Assembly: GCA_963780265.1 (NCBI GenBank)
Contig: CAWABQ010000018.1
Location: forward strand, 2,558 to 66,557
Origin: Candidatus Bathyarchaeota archaeon
GTDB lineage: Archaea > Thermoproteota > Bathyarchaeia > 40CM-2-53-6
Direction of reading: 5' to 3'
Length of the DNA: 64,000 nucleotides
The notes below the pieces were generated by a model. The model was not told the origin of the DNA, did not search any database, and saw only the letters and a program-made list of their open reading frames with translations. Positions 30,295-40,813 of this stretch are shown one piece after another. A program made the position numbers and the translations under genes. How positions within the stretch are numbered: the stretch's first letter is position 1; every line of letters starts with the position of its first letter.

Positions 30295-31098
30295 TTGGAC
30301 TCAGCTAATGTGAAGGTGCGTCAAACGGAGAACGTCGATCAATTCTACTTTCTTCAACCAACCATTACGATTCTGTTCAGCGTAGCCCTCGTTGTCTATT
30401 GGCGCTACCGGAGAGATTTCACAAGCGCTGTTCTGCTCTATTCTTTGCTAGCATACGCTGGTGCGATAGCAATTAAAGCGGTTTTGCAAGCCGCGACGTT
30501 CAACGGGTTCGAAGCGCGCTACGGAGGCAATGCCGTCGCGCTTGGGCTTTACCTCGGGGTTCAAACGATGGTTCTCGAAATCGGTGGAGCATTCCTAGTC
30601 GCCGCATGGGCAGTTTCACGCCGTAAACTTCAGGCCAAGGACGCTGAAGGATACGGGCTCGGTCTAGCACTATGGGAGAACGCAGGACTCTTGGGAGTTC
30701 TAGGTCTAGTCTCTTTGGTAACCATTAGCTTAACGTTGTCTTCCGGTAGCCCAGCCGCACAAGAATCTTATTCTAACCTGATTCGAAGTCGTCCGGATCT
30801 CTTCTACCCGCCATCCCAAGCTTTACCTTTGATCGCTTGGGGTGTTCTTGAAAGAGTGACCTCCCTGCTTTTCCATTTCTCGTGGGGATACCTGTGCCTT
30901 CTTGCGGCATGCTTTCACAGGAGGAATTATGTTCTGCTGGCTTTGCCGATGGGCTTGGTCGATTTCTTTGTGCCATTTTACCAAAGCCTCCCTCTTCCCG
31001 TGTTCGAGTCATCCCTATTTGTACTGGGGCTAGTATGTCTTGGTTTGACTTTGATAGTTGGAAGAGGCTTGCGTTCGCCTAGCCGGCGACGACGTTAG
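30295..31098 (+). CDS. Polytopic membrane protein, possibly a YhfC/CPBP-like intramembrane protease
   Basis: 267 aa with about 7 TM segments and conserved-looking E and H residues (LWENAG, LERVTSLLFHFSWG). The function is tentative. Confidence 0.5.
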   Translation: MDSANVKVRQTENVDQFYFLQPTITILFSVALVVYWRYRRDFTSAVLLYSLLAYAGAIAIKAVLQAATFNGFEARYGGNAVALGLYLGVQTMVLEIGGAFLVAAWAVSRRKLQAKDAEGYGLGLALWENAGLLGVLGLVSLVTISLTLSSGSPAAQESYSNLIRSRPDLFYPPSQALPLIAWGVLERVTSLLFHFSWGYLCLLAACFHRRNYVLLALPMGLVDFFVPFYQSLPLPVFESSLFVLGLVCLGLTLIVGRGLRSPSRRRR

Positions 31099-31326
31099 GA
31101 AGTCCCACGTCCTATCGGCATGATGCGACTCAGGGTAAATGCCTTATCAACACAAAATGTTCAGATTAACTCTGATTCCCTCATCGTCGCAATCGAATTA
31201 TGGATTTGGAATCAGTTTAACTTTCTGGGAGAATCGTTCTTTGTTGGGCTAAGATGTCTTGGGGGCGGCGTTACGACTTGTTTTAAATAGACACGTTCAG
31301 CATAACCTACTCCGAGGCCCCCGAAT

Positions 31327-32862
31327 GTGCTGAGATATTCCAAGGTAATCTTGTTTGTCGCTATAATGGTAGTTGCGTCTTTTCTGCCTTCAAATGTTGC
31401 AGCAGCGGGAATCACGATTTCAGCGCCTCAAATCATTGCACAAGGTAGTCAAGCGTCATATACTGTAACAGTGCTGCCAGCTGGTCCTGCCGGTCAGAAT
31501 TACCAACTGGGGGCATCAGGGGTAGCCGGGTACTTTACAACCAACCCCGTCGGCCCGTGCGGCCTGGCTACTTGCCCTGACACCACTTTCGTCGTAGATG
31601 CGAGTACGCTTCCAACCTACTGCCCAGGAACTTACTCCTTTACTGTGACCGCGCAAAGTACGAGCACTGCAGATTCAGGAAGCAATACAGGTTCGGTGAC
31701 GGTTGCGCAAGTCGGCGCCCCTCTTCAAGTGGCAGTTTCCACAAACAGTCCGTCCTACCACAATGGCGACAAGATAACAATATCTGTGTCGGCCAGCCGC
31801 ACCGCGGAGGGAGTACTTCAAGTCACTCCGCCCTCTGGTGCCCCTATGACATATCAATTTGCCTTCACTGGCGCCACCTACGGGGTAACGAAGACATTGA
31901 CTGCTTCACAACCCTACGGAACATATGATGTGAGTGTTCAAGCAGACGACTATTGCAGCGGTGGAAGCATAGCCTCAACTACCTATACCGTCGGGCCTGA
32001 CACATACGACATATCCTTATCGATGTCAGGCATTCCTTCGCAAGTTTCTGCGGGTTTGATGGTTGACGGCCAACACGGAGGCACTGTTGGGGGCTCAGAA
32101 AACAAGAAACTGAGTTTTACGATTGGAAGCTCGCATTCAATTCAAGTTGACCAATATGTTTCAGGTGATACTGGGGTCCGATACTACTGTGCAGACAACA
32201 CGTGGAGCGTCAGTGATCAGGGCGCGCACACCTTCAATTATCAAACTCAATACCAGTTCAACGTGCTTACCGATCCGAGCGGCGTTACCCCTACGACAGG
32301 GGGAGGATGGTACAATGACGGCCAATCGGTGCAGACGAACCAGGCTCTTCCGACCGTGGCAGGCCCAAGCGGCTCTCAATACGCTTTCAAAAACTGGGAA
32401 TTGGATGGAGCACCCCAGAGTGGTAACCAACTTACTGTCACAATGGATAAACCCCACACCGCCGTAGCCAAGTTTTCAATTCAGTACCAGCTTGTGATCG
32501 ATTCACCCGGCGGACTTGGTAATCCGCAAGGAGCAGGTTACTATGACGCTGGCTCGACCGCAACGTTCTCCGTAACCTCGCCCGTAGGCTTGCTAGTGCA
32601 ACAAGTCCTCGTCCAATGGCAAGGCGACTACACTGGGACGAACCCGCAAGGCACAGTCACTATGGATAAGCAAAAGACCGTGCACGCAGTTTGGACAACG
32701 AGCTACACACAAGCTTACATCGTCGGAGGCATTCTAGCAGTTGTTATAATTGCTGTTGCAATCTTGATGATGCGGCGAGGGAAGGGCGGCACGAAGCCTG
32801 ATAAGCCGGCTAAGAAGAAAGGAGTCGGTTTGCGTTTAGGTAAACCGAAAACCGAGAGTTAG
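31327..32862 (+). CDS. Surface protein paralog A (Ig-like domains, repeat beta domains, C-terminal TM)
   Basis: 511 aa. Shares the ...VAVSTN..Y..GD.ITI...A.R.AEG...PSG.P...QADD(F/Y)CSG domain with 33294-34910 and 24450-27609. Confidence 0.7.
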   Translation: MLRYSKVILFVAIMVVASFLPSNVAAAGITISAPQIIAQGSQASYTVTVLPAGPAGQNYQLGASGVAGYFTTNPVGPCGLATCPDTTFVVDASTLPTYCPGTYSFTVTAQSTSTADSGSNTGSVTVAQVGAPLQVAVSTNSPSYHNGDKITISVSASRTAEGVLQVTPPSGAPMTYQFAFTGATYGVTKTLTASQPYGTYDVSVQADDYCSGGSIASTTYTVGPDTYDISLSMSGIPSQVSAGLMVDGQHGGTVGGSENKKLSFTIGSSHSIQVDQYVSGDTGVRYYCADNTWSVSDQGAHTFNYQTQYQFNVLTDPSGVTPTTGGGWYNDGQSVQTNQALPTVAGPSGSQYAFKNWELDGAPQSGNQLTVTMDKPHTAVAKFSIQYQLVIDSPGGLGNPQGAGYYDAGSTATFSVTSPVGLLVQQVLVQWQGDYTGTNPQGTVTMDKQKTVHAVWTTSYTQAYIVGGILAVVIIAVAILMMRRGKGGTKPDKPAKKKGVGLRLGKPKTES

Positions 32863-32873
32863 GGGCAATAGTC

Positions 32874-33116
32874 TTGTCAACCGAAAAGGACGCGCAGAAA
32901 GACCTGCTGAAACTCTACGCTTACGGCACCCTAGCAAACTTCTGGGTAACCGTCGGTGGAAAGGACGCAGTAGACGAGGACGAGGCTCAAGCATTTCTTC
33001 AGCTTCAACAGTCCCTAATCAAACAGCTCGACCAAACCCTGGAGGCACATTTGGACGAAGACTCAATGGAGTCCTTCAGAAAATTCGTCAGTCGCTATAG
33101 AATTCGCACAGAATAG
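32874..33116 (+). CDS. Hypothetical protein
   Basis: 80-aa acidic ORF with a TTG start. Confidence 0.4.
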   Translation: MSTEKDAQKDLLKLYAYGTLANFWVTVGGKDAVDEDEAQAFLQLQQSLIKQLDQTLEAHLDEDSMESFRKFVSRYRIRTE

Positions 33117-33293
33117 GTATTATTCGTTCCGACCATCGCAACGTGCAGAAACGGGTGCATTGATCGGTCCTCAACTTGAGGAAAGCACAGTCAGCCTAAC
33201 CTGTGAACTACGCGTAGGCAACTAGCTCCGCTCGCACACCTATCTTAAATATTATCTCCCATCGCATACGAAGTCAATCAGGATGGGTTCAGC

Positions 33294-34910
33294 GTGAGCT
33301 ATTCCAAGCCGCTATTCTTACTCGGCGTCATGATCATTGCTTTCGTGCTTCTACCGCGCGCCTACGCATCACCTGTTACCGTAAACATAACACCCACAAC
33401 GCAAGCTGTACCTCAGACTTCCACAGCATCCTACTCGATCGGCTTGTCAAGTGCAGCGACGACAGCCTACAAGCTCAGCCTTTCGGGCTTGGTGTCCGGA
33501 TCGTCGTACACCTTCTCACCCAATCCAGTTTCCACGCCTGCAGGTTCAGGGAGCAGCAGCCTCACCATCGATACGAGTATCCCCCCGCTCTATTGCCCTG
33601 GAACCTATTCGTTCACAGTCTCCGCAAGCAACTCAACTTCAGCTCCGCCGGCCGGTGATTCAGGCAGCGTAAGTGCTAGTCTTACGGTGATTCCAGTAGG
33701 CCCTCCATTAGTCATTGCCGTCTCGACGGACAAGTCGGCGTATAGAATCGGTGACACAGTGACGATTGCGCTCACTGCAAATCGGCCTGCGGAAGGTCAA
33801 CTGATCATTTCATCCCCGTCCGGAACTCCCGCGACGTTTTTCTACAGTTTCCTAGCTCCAACTTACTCGTTAACGAAAACTCTCACTGCAAACTCAATTG
33901 GGCAGTGGACCGTGGCCTTTCAGGCAGACGATTTCTGTTCCGGGTTCAATAGTGCGTCAGCTGCCTTTGACGTGGCGCCAGATACGTACGACATCTCCAT
34001 ATCTTTGGATGCGGTGCCAGCACAATACTCGTCGCAGGTGAAGGTTGATAGTCAGCCGCAAGGAACGATTGGGGGCGCTGAAATCAAGAAACTTACATTC
34101 AAAGTCGACACGACCCACACCGTCGCCGTGGATCAGTATGTTCAGGGCGACGCGGGTGTTCGTTACTTTGCGTCTCAGAATAGTTGGACAGTTAGCTCAG
34201 CTGGCAGTCATACCTTCGCATACGAAACCCAATACTTGTTTACCGTCGTAACGGACCCAGACGGAATCACTGATGTGACTGGTGGGGGTTGGTACAAGGC
34301 CGGGACGAGTGTGCAGACGAACCAAGTTCCTACCACGGTCCCTGGATCAGCCGGGACGCAATATGCCTTCAAGGGCTGGGAAGTAGACGGCGCTGCTCAA
34401 TCGGGCAACGGAATCTCATTAACTATGGACAAACCCCACACAGCCATTGCGAAGTATGAGACCCAGTACCAGTTGCTAATCGACTCGCCGTACGGCAATC
34501 CGAAGGGCCAAGGTTACTACGCGGCCGGTTCCACGGCGGCCTTTTCAGTAACCACCCCTTGGGGCTTCCCGATGCAACAAATCTTCGTCGATTGGCAGGG
34601 CGACTACACAGGCACCTCGCCGCAAGGTTCAACCACAATGGATAAGCCGAAGGTGATACACGCAGTCTGGTCAACCAGTTACGTTCCACTCATAGCCGTA
34701 GTGATAGTCGGCCTTGCAGTCGTCGCTGGTTTCTTGTTCTGGAGGAAACGAAAGGGACCAGCCCCAGAGAAGAAACCTACTCCAAGCGCCGGCGGCGCGG
34801 AGGCTGAAGGCGTGAAATGCGCCTCATGCGGAACCGAGAACCTTGCCGACCAGAAATTCTGCACGAACTGCGGAGAAAAGCTACCTAAACCCGGAAAGCA
34901 CCACACTTAA
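33294..34910 (+). CDS. Surface protein paralog B with a cytoplasmic zinc-ribbon tail
   Basis: 538 aa, collinear with paralog A. After the TM segment the tail reads ...KCASCGTENLADQKFCTNCGEKL. Confidence 0.7.
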   Translation: MSYSKPLFLLGVMIIAFVLLPRAYASPVTVNITPTTQAVPQTSTASYSIGLSSAATTAYKLSLSGLVSGSSYTFSPNPVSTPAGSGSSSLTIDTSIPPLYCPGTYSFTVSASNSTSAPPAGDSGSVSASLTVIPVGPPLVIAVSTDKSAYRIGDTVTIALTANRPAEGQLIISSPSGTPATFFYSFLAPTYSLTKTLTANSIGQWTVAFQADDFCSGFNSASAAFDVAPDTYDISISLDAVPAQYSSQVKVDSQPQGTIGGAEIKKLTFKVDTTHTVAVDQYVQGDAGVRYFASQNSWTVSSAGSHTFAYETQYLFTVVTDPDGITDVTGGGWYKAGTSVQTNQVPTTVPGSAGTQYAFKGWEVDGAAQSGNGISLTMDKPHTAIAKYETQYQLLIDSPYGNPKGQGYYAAGSTAAFSVTTPWGFPMQQIFVDWQGDYTGTSPQGSTTMDKPKVIHAVWSTSYVPLIAVVIVGLAVVAGFLFWRKRKGPAPEKKPTPSAGGAEAEGVKCASCGTENLADQKFCTNCGEKLPKPGKHHT

Positions 34911-34942
34911 CCAAGACCCACGCCCCTTAAACTCGTTCGGCG

Positions 34943-36019
34943 ATGACTTCACTAACGGCGCCGCTGCAAGAATCAACACGAGCCAGCAGATTATTTTTCG
35001 TGCTTTCAGGCGAGCACGCATCGCTGCCCGCAGCAGAAGTAGGAGCGATTCTGGAATCGAGTGGCGTAGAATTTCGCGCCCTCGCTCAGAGTTACAGGTT
35101 GCTAACACTAGATGCTCCTTTCGCTGCTTTGAAGTCTGTTTCAGAAAGAAGCCTGATGTACGATTGGTGCGGTCTCAGCCTAGGTGAATGCGATGCCGCC
35201 GAGCAGCAAATTGAGTTTTTCGTGAGGAATCAACCGATTGAACAGTTAATGAGTGGTGCTGAAAGCTTCGCCGTCCGGTCGGTGCGGTTGGGTGGTGCAA
35301 ACAAGTCGATTCGGCGCGTCGACTTGGAAAGTAAGATCGGTTCTGTGGTGAAAGCTATGGTTCCAAGGATGCACGTGCGCCTTCAGAACCCTGACCTGAT
35401 CCTTGCCTGCGTACTTTACGAGAACAGGTTCCTGCTCGGGGTGTCAGGTTACTCGAAGCCGTCCGGCCTGATCGCGCCTAGGCGACCTCGCAAGCGTCCC
35501 GTATTTCACCCTTCCACAATGCCGCCGAAGATAGCGAGGTGCATGGTCAACTTGGCGCGAGCGGTTCCGGGGGCGACATTTGCAGACCCATTCTCAGGGG
35601 TGGGCGGTATAGTGATTGAGGCAGCAGTAATCGGCTGCAGGGTTCTGGGGCTGGATGCGAATTTACGGATGGTTAGGGGCGCTCGCAGAAACATGAAGTA
35701 CTTTGGACTTGCGGCGGAAGGTTTTCTCAATGCAGACGCACGATTCCTCCCTGGGCAAGGCCTAGAGGCCATAGCAACCGATCCCCCGTATGGGCGGGGC
35801 TCATCCACCATGGGATCGAAGGTAACCGCTTTGGTGAAAGAATTCCTCGAAGGGGCGAAGAGCTCACTGAAGAAAGATGCCCACCTATGCATATCAGCCC
35901 CAATGGAGGTTGATGTTGAAGGATACGCGCATCAAGCTGGCTTCGCGCTGAGAGAAAAACACCTTGCAAAGGTCCACCGCAGCTTAACAAGACAGTTCGT
36001 CGTCTTACAAAACTCGTAG
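34943..36019 (+). CDS. THUMP-domain tRNA (guanine-N2)-methyltransferase (Trm-G10/Trm11-like)
   Basis: 358 aa with an N-terminal THUMP-like region. SAM-binding DPFSGVGGIVIEA and a catalytic DPPYG motif. Confidence 0.75.
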   Translation: MTSLTAPLQESTRASRLFFVLSGEHASLPAAEVGAILESSGVEFRALAQSYRLLTLDAPFAALKSVSERSLMYDWCGLSLGECDAAEQQIEFFVRNQPIEQLMSGAESFAVRSVRLGGANKSIRRVDLESKIGSVVKAMVPRMHVRLQNPDLILACVLYENRFLLGVSGYSKPSGLIAPRRPRKRPVFHPSTMPPKIARCMVNLARAVPGATFADPFSGVGGIVIEAAVIGCRVLGLDANLRMVRGARRNMKYFGLAAEGFLNADARFLPGQGLEAIATDPPYGRGSSTMGSKVTALVKEFLEGAKSSLKKDAHLCISAPMEVDVEGYAHQAGFALREKHLAKVHRSLTRQFVVLQNS

Positions 36020-36033
36020 AATGGCTTCGAAAG

Positions 36034-36954
36034 ATGTCTGTGTCAGTAACCTTTCTAGGGACGGGAGGAAGCGTCCCAAGCAAGTTTCGGAACCTCCCAA
36101 GCGTCTTGGTACGTAGGGGCCCAGAGGTGATGCTCTTCGATTGTGGGGAGGGTACGCAACGGCAATTTCTCCAAGCCAGGGCAGGAACAAACCGGAAGAT
36201 GCGCATCTTCATCAGCCACATGCACGGCGACCACGTGTTCGGCTTACCGGGATTACTGCACTCCCTATCGTTCATGGGTAGAACAAACGAGCTGGAGATA
36301 ATCGGTCCGAAAGGCATCGCAGATTTTGTGACTTCCGTTAACCGGGTCGTGAAATTATATTCACGATTTCCGATGCGAATTAAGGAGGTGCGTTATGGCC
36401 GTGTTGTCGACGACGAGGAATACGAGGTACACGCCGCTCCGGCAGAACATGGCATGCCTTGTCTATCTTATGCGTTCGTGGAAAAACCGTGACCGGGAAA
36501 GTTCTATCCTTCCAAAGCCCAGAAGTTGGGTATCCCAGAGGGCCCGCTATGGAAGAAACTACAGACTTCTAGGTCTGTGACGGTCGAAAGAAGAGTGGTC
36601 CCAGCTAGGCTCGTTGTTGGTCCCCCAAGGTGCGGCGTGAAAATCACTTACGCAGTTGACACGCGGCCGTGCGAGGCGGTCGTCAAATTGGCGGGTGAGT
36701 CGGACCTTTTGATTCATGACAGTTGTTTTGCGGAAGCTGCATCCACAAAAGCGAAGGAGTATGGCCACTCCACCGCGAGCGAGGCCGCCCGGGTTGCGAA
36801 GAAAAGTAAGTCCCGAAAATTGGCGCTCTTCCACATCAGCGCTATGTACGAGGACCCCGCGCCACTCTTAGCCCAGGCCAAGAGAATATTTCGTGACACC
36901 ATTCTCCCTAGAGACATGGTTACCGTCTACGTCGCCCCATCTGTTTGCGGCTGA
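36034..36954 (+). pseudogene. rnz: Ribonuclease Z interrupted by an in-frame TGA at 36490-36492
   Basis: HMHGDHVFG metallo-beta-lactamase motif. Both halves are in the same frame: ..YAFVEKP*PGKFYPSKAQKLGIPEGPLWKKLQ.. The stop sits where homologs as I recall them carry Arg (CGA to TGA). The RNase Z identity is high confidence. The pseudogene status is uncertain. Confidence 0.6.
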
Positions 36955-37363
36955 AGCCCTCCCCGGGGCTCGCCGCAAGGAAATCTATTACCGATTCCGG
37001 GACGGGTGACTCTATCTCAATTGAGACTGGTCCATGGGCAGACTCGCCTTCAGGCTCACAGAATGAAACTCGCCCAGCGAAAGCAGCTTGCTTGTTGAGG
37101 TAGATTCGAATCCGTTGACCGCGGGTTCTACTGAAAAGAATCGACCTAGCGGCGCTGCGAATCCTTTCCTGTTTTATCATGATGCGCAGATTCGACAGGA
37201 AGTCAATATCATCGCCATGAATTCCAAGAACGATATCATCCCCACGCGTTCCCAGTTTCTGTATCGGGGCCGAGGGGAAGATGTTATGGAGGGCGCGTTC
37301 CACTTTCGCTTCATCCTCAGTTGGATGAACCACCGTTTCAACGGTGACCTTCAGATCCATCAC
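36920..37363 (-). CDS. UPF0201-type RNA-binding protein (DUF54-like)
   Basis: 147 aa, paired and overlapping with the upstream UPF0200-like kinase gene as in many archaea. Confidence 0.6.
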   Translation of the reverse strand: MMDLKVTVETVVHPTEDEAKVERALHNIFPSAPIQKLGTRGDDIVLGIHGDDIDFLSNLRIMIKQERIRSAARSILFSRTRGQRIRIYLNKQAAFAGRVSFCEPEGESAHGPVSIEIESPVPESVIDFLAASPGEGFSRKQMGRRRR

Positions 37364-37911
37364 GCCTTCATCTTAGCGAGGATGGCTTTGAGGGACGACT
37401 GCAGTTCTGCAATCGTGCCTTCATTTACTACCACAGTATCGGCTAACGCGATGACATGGCCTAACCCGACTTTTAGTTCTCGATTATCGTGCTCGTAGAA
37501 TGTTTCCCACGTCTTTGGGTCGTCGCTTCTGCCTCGAGATAGGAGTCGCTGAAACCGGGTCTTTGGTGAAGCGTGAATGGCCACGGTGACAACCTCGAAT
37601 TTTGATTTGAGCTCAGCGAGTTCCTCGGGCCCTCTGACTCCCTCAACAATAACCACATCGGACCGGCGTTCTTCAATCCTGGAAAGTAGTCTATTCGCAA
37701 CGGCGGCAGGTCCCTCTTCCTCCCTAACCTGCAACATAACCGTGCCCATGTTCTGAGGTGTTGGGTCCAAGCCCCTTCGCTGAGTCTCCTCCCTAATCAC
37801 ATCACCGAGAACGAGCACTTCTATGCCGAGCTGTTTCGCCGCCTCGGCCGCAACCCCTTTCCCAGCGCCGGGCATGCCTGAGATAGCGATAACTTTCTTT
37901 CTTGACCGCAT
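37360..37911 (-). CDS. P-loop nucleotide kinase (UPF0200 / dephospho-CoA-kinase-like)
   Basis: Walker A ISGMPGAGKG. 183 aa. Confidence 0.7.
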   Translation of the reverse strand: MRSRKKVIAISGMPGAGKGVAAEAAKQLGIEVLVLGDVIREETQRRGLDPTPQNMGTVMLQVREEEGPAAVANRLLSRIEERRSDVVIVEGVRGPEELAELKSKFEVVTVAIHASPKTRFQRLLSRGRSDDPKTWETFYEHDNRELKVGLGHVIALADTVVVNEGTIAELQSSLKAILAKMKA

Positions 37912-38002
37912 TTCCTGGTAAACGTCTCCGAGGTCTTCCGCTCATCGCCCGTGAACCGTTAAATTAGGTCATTCAATATTAGCCTTCGCTGGTGGAAATC
38001 AG

Positions 38003-38575
38003 TTGTCGCAAGAACGCATAAGGAGCTTCATTGCAGTGGACTTAGATGAGCCCTCTATACGCGAACGAATAATCGCGGCTCAGAAGGGGTTGGAACAGAC
38101 ACGCGCGCAACTGAAAATCGTAGAACCACAGATAATGCATCTGACCCTCCGCTTTCTCGGAGAAGTCCCACTGGCAACAGTAGAAAGAGTCAAAGAAGCA
38201 ATGGATTCCGTACACTTTCCGCCCTTCGAAGCAGAGTTCACTGGCCTCGGCGTATTCCCAAACCCGAGGCGAATCAACGTGGTCTGGGTAGGGATCAAAC
38301 AAGGGCAAGAACAACTAAATCACATTTTCCAACAACTAGAGCCAAAGCTTAGGCAGATCGGGTTGCCACCAGACGACAAGGGTTTCAGCCCCCACATGAC
38401 CATCGCCCGAGTCCGATCCGCCATAAACAGAGATTCTCTGGTGGCATACGTTGAAAGTATGCGGAGTGAAGAGTTCGGGAAGATGGCCGTAGGGGCTGTG
38501 CGATTGAAAAAGAGCACGCTGACCCCAAGGGGGCCAATATACACGACAATCCATGAGGTAGTCGCTTCGTCCTGA
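38003..38575 (+). CDS. thpR: RNA 2-prime,3-prime-cyclic phosphodiesterase / 2-5 RNA ligase family
   Basis: Two HxT motifs (HLTLRFLG, HMTIARV). Confidence 0.85.
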   Translation: MSQERIRSFIAVDLDEPSIRERIIAAQKGLEQTRAQLKIVEPQIMHLTLRFLGEVPLATVERVKEAMDSVHFPPFEAEFTGLGVFPNPRRINVVWVGIKQGQEQLNHIFQQLEPKLRQIGLPPDDKGFSPHMTIARVRSAINRDSLVAYVESMRSEEFGKMAVGAVRLKKSTLTPRGPIYTTIHEVVASS

Positions 38576-38593
38576 CGGATCAAGTGCACGTTC

Positions 38594-40023
38594 TTGGACA
38601 AATTCGCAGAAGTTTGTGACGCTGTTAAGAAGAAGATTGTGCCCCCGCCAAAATTGAAAAGCGCCGTCGAGTTGCGGGCCGAGCAGATCAGGAGCGATGT
38701 GGAGCGAGAGTGCATTAAGGCGAATCTCGAAGCGGAGGTCCGCTTGGACGGTTCCGTAGCGAAGGACACGTGGATACGGGATTATGCTGACGTCGACATA
38801 TTCATGAGAGTCTCTCCGCAGCTTAGCAAAGCGCAGCTCCGAGATGTATGCTTGCCAGTCGCCCGCGAAGCACTCCGCCCTCACAAAATCGTCGAGAGAT
38901 ACGCGGAGCACCCGTACATTGAATCAACAGTCGATCTGGGAAGAAGCAGTGTGCTTCGGGTCAACGTTGTCCCATGCTACAAGGTCGAGAAGGGTAACTG
39001 GTTAAGCGCCACAGACAGGAGCCCCTACCACACCGAGTACATTCGGCAACACCTCACTGAAGCGCGGCGCAACGAAGTTCGCCTGCTAAAGGCCTTCATG
39101 AAGGGCATAGGGAGCTACGGAGCGGACATCAAAACTGGTGGCTTCAGCGGAATGTTATGCGAAACGCTCATTGTTTCGCAGGAGAATTCCAACAAGTTGT
39201 CAGCGATTTCACACAATGGCAAGAGAACGAATTCGTAGATGTCGAAAACTACTACAAAGGAAGACGTGAGGAAGCGCATCGCATCTTTAGGGAACCGTTG
39301 ATCGTCATCGATCCCGTGGACAAAGGCCGTAACTTAGCCGCCGCAGTCCGACAACACCAGCTTTGGAATTTTGTCGCTGCATGCAGGCAGTTTAACTCGA
39401 GACCATCAGCCGCTCTCTTCGATGAACCAAAGGTGAGAAGGCTGACGCCGACTGACTACCAGAAACTCGTTCGAACTCGTGAGTCGACAATTCTCTGCCT
39501 AGTCGTTGGGGAGATAGATGCAGTTGTCGATATTCTCTGGAGCCAACTCTACCGGACGCGGAGAGCGCTCCTAAGCCTTCTCGAAAATACTGACTTTAAA
39601 GTACTGCAATCATGGGCTTGGACCGATGAAAAGTCACTGACTATCATTTTGTTCGAATTGGAGCAAGGACAGCTACCCAGAACTAGGCACCACGCTGGCC
39701 CCCCAGTTTCCAAGCTTGAGGAAAGTGCTTCCTTTCTATCAAAACATGCGAAGAACGCGAGTACAGTCTCCGGTCCCTGGATTGAACATACCCGGTGGGT
39801 AGTTCAAAAGAGGAGAACGGTTGTTTCCGCAAAGGCCTTGCTCGCCTCAGCCCTCCGTTCGGGGGGAGAAGATGTCGGCGTTGCTGCTTTGCTAGCCAAG
39901 TCCTTCCGGAAGAAGACACGAATTCTTGAAAATGAGAAGATTGGAATGCTGATTGCCTCAAATACGGACTTTGCTAAGGCCATGAGAACCTACCTCTCAG
40001 GAAGGCCAGCATGGTTTGAATGA
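38594..40023 (+). pseudogene. cca: Archaeal class I CCA-adding tRNA nucleotidyltransferase with a frameshift near 39172-39178
   Basis: The N-terminal ORF ...RLDGSVAKDTWIRDYADVDIF...GGFSGMLCETLIV continues in the -1 frame as ..FAGEFQQVVSDFTQW... A 1-nt deletion would explain it. Confidence 0.7.
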
Positions 40024-40774
40024 AAACGAAATTCCACTCCGTAGGCTTCTGGAACCCCATTACTCACGCATACTAACCTATCCAGATACGGATACCAAAG
40101 AAGCAAAGGCAAGGATAAGGGAGCTATCCGAGATCGGGATCTCGGCTTTTCGTTTCGAGGGAGTTACACAGATTGGCGGTATCCCGGTTCTTGGGAAGGG
40201 CTGCGTCGGCGTCGTGACGAAGGCGCGGCTTGAAGGGGAACTGGTAGCCTTGAAGATCCGGCGCTTAGACGCCGACCGGCCATCGATGAACGACGAGGCT
40301 AGGCTGTTGCGGTTCGCGAATAGCGTCGACGCTGGGCCGCGTTTGATTTCTGCAACGAAGAACTTTCTTGCAATGGAACTTTTCCGTGGCATTCCGCTAT
40401 TCCGATGGGCCGAGGGCTCAGGCGCAAGCGGTAGGGTGGTGGGGAAGCTCGTCTCACGCCTCCTGAGCTGTTGCTTCATGCTCGACTCGATTGGGCTTGA
40501 TCATGGGGAGTTAAGCCATGCTCCCAAGAATGTTCTTGTCGCCAAGTCTGGCCATCCCTGCATTGTTGATTTCGAGAGTGCGAGCACGGCAAGGCGCGTC
40601 GCAAACGTCACATCCCTGCTACAATACTTCCTGTTCGGAAGAGTGTCGAGAACGCTTCACGCGTCACGAGTCTTCCCAGACAAAAGGAACATCGTTAAGG
40701 CTCTAGGAGTATACAAGCGGGAAGGCTCGGTCGAGAATTTCCAATGCGTCTTGGATGCGCTTGGCTTGCTGTGA
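40016..40774 (+). CDS. Atypical (RIO/Bud32-like) protein kinase
   Basis: 252 aa. GVVTKARLEGELVALKIRR (VAxK-type), HGELSHAPKNVLV (catalytic-loop-like) and IVDFESA (DFG-like). Confidence 0.6.
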   Translation: MNENEIPLRRLLEPHYSRILTYPDTDTKEAKARIRELSEIGISAFRFEGVTQIGGIPVLGKGCVGVVTKARLEGELVALKIRRLDADRPSMNDEARLLRFANSVDAGPRLISATKNFLAMELFRGIPLFRWAEGSGASGRVVGKLVSRLLSCCFMLDSIGLDHGELSHAPKNVLVAKSGHPCIVDFESASTARRVANVTSLLQYFLFGRVSRTLHASRVFPDKRNIVKALGVYKREGSVENFQCVLDALGLL

Positions 40775-40813
40775 AAAGTTCTTATGAGCGCTCAATTTCT
40801 CTCTGCGATGAAC

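Noticed and set aside
35727-36317. 196-aa minus-strand ORF spanning the Trm-G10/RNase Z junction
   Set aside because: It is antisense to two well-supported genes.
36490-36492. In-frame TGA in RNase Z, and TAG at 62393-62395, as selenocysteine, pyrrolysine or genetic-code reassignment
   Set aside because: TAG, TAA and TGA all serve as ordinary terminators of well-supported genes here (for example TAG for tbp, TGA for the Lrp-like gene, TAA for the RDD gene). The TGA sits at a position I recall as Arg, not Cys. No SECIS-like element or pyl/sel genes were seen. Nonsense mutation or base-call error is simpler.
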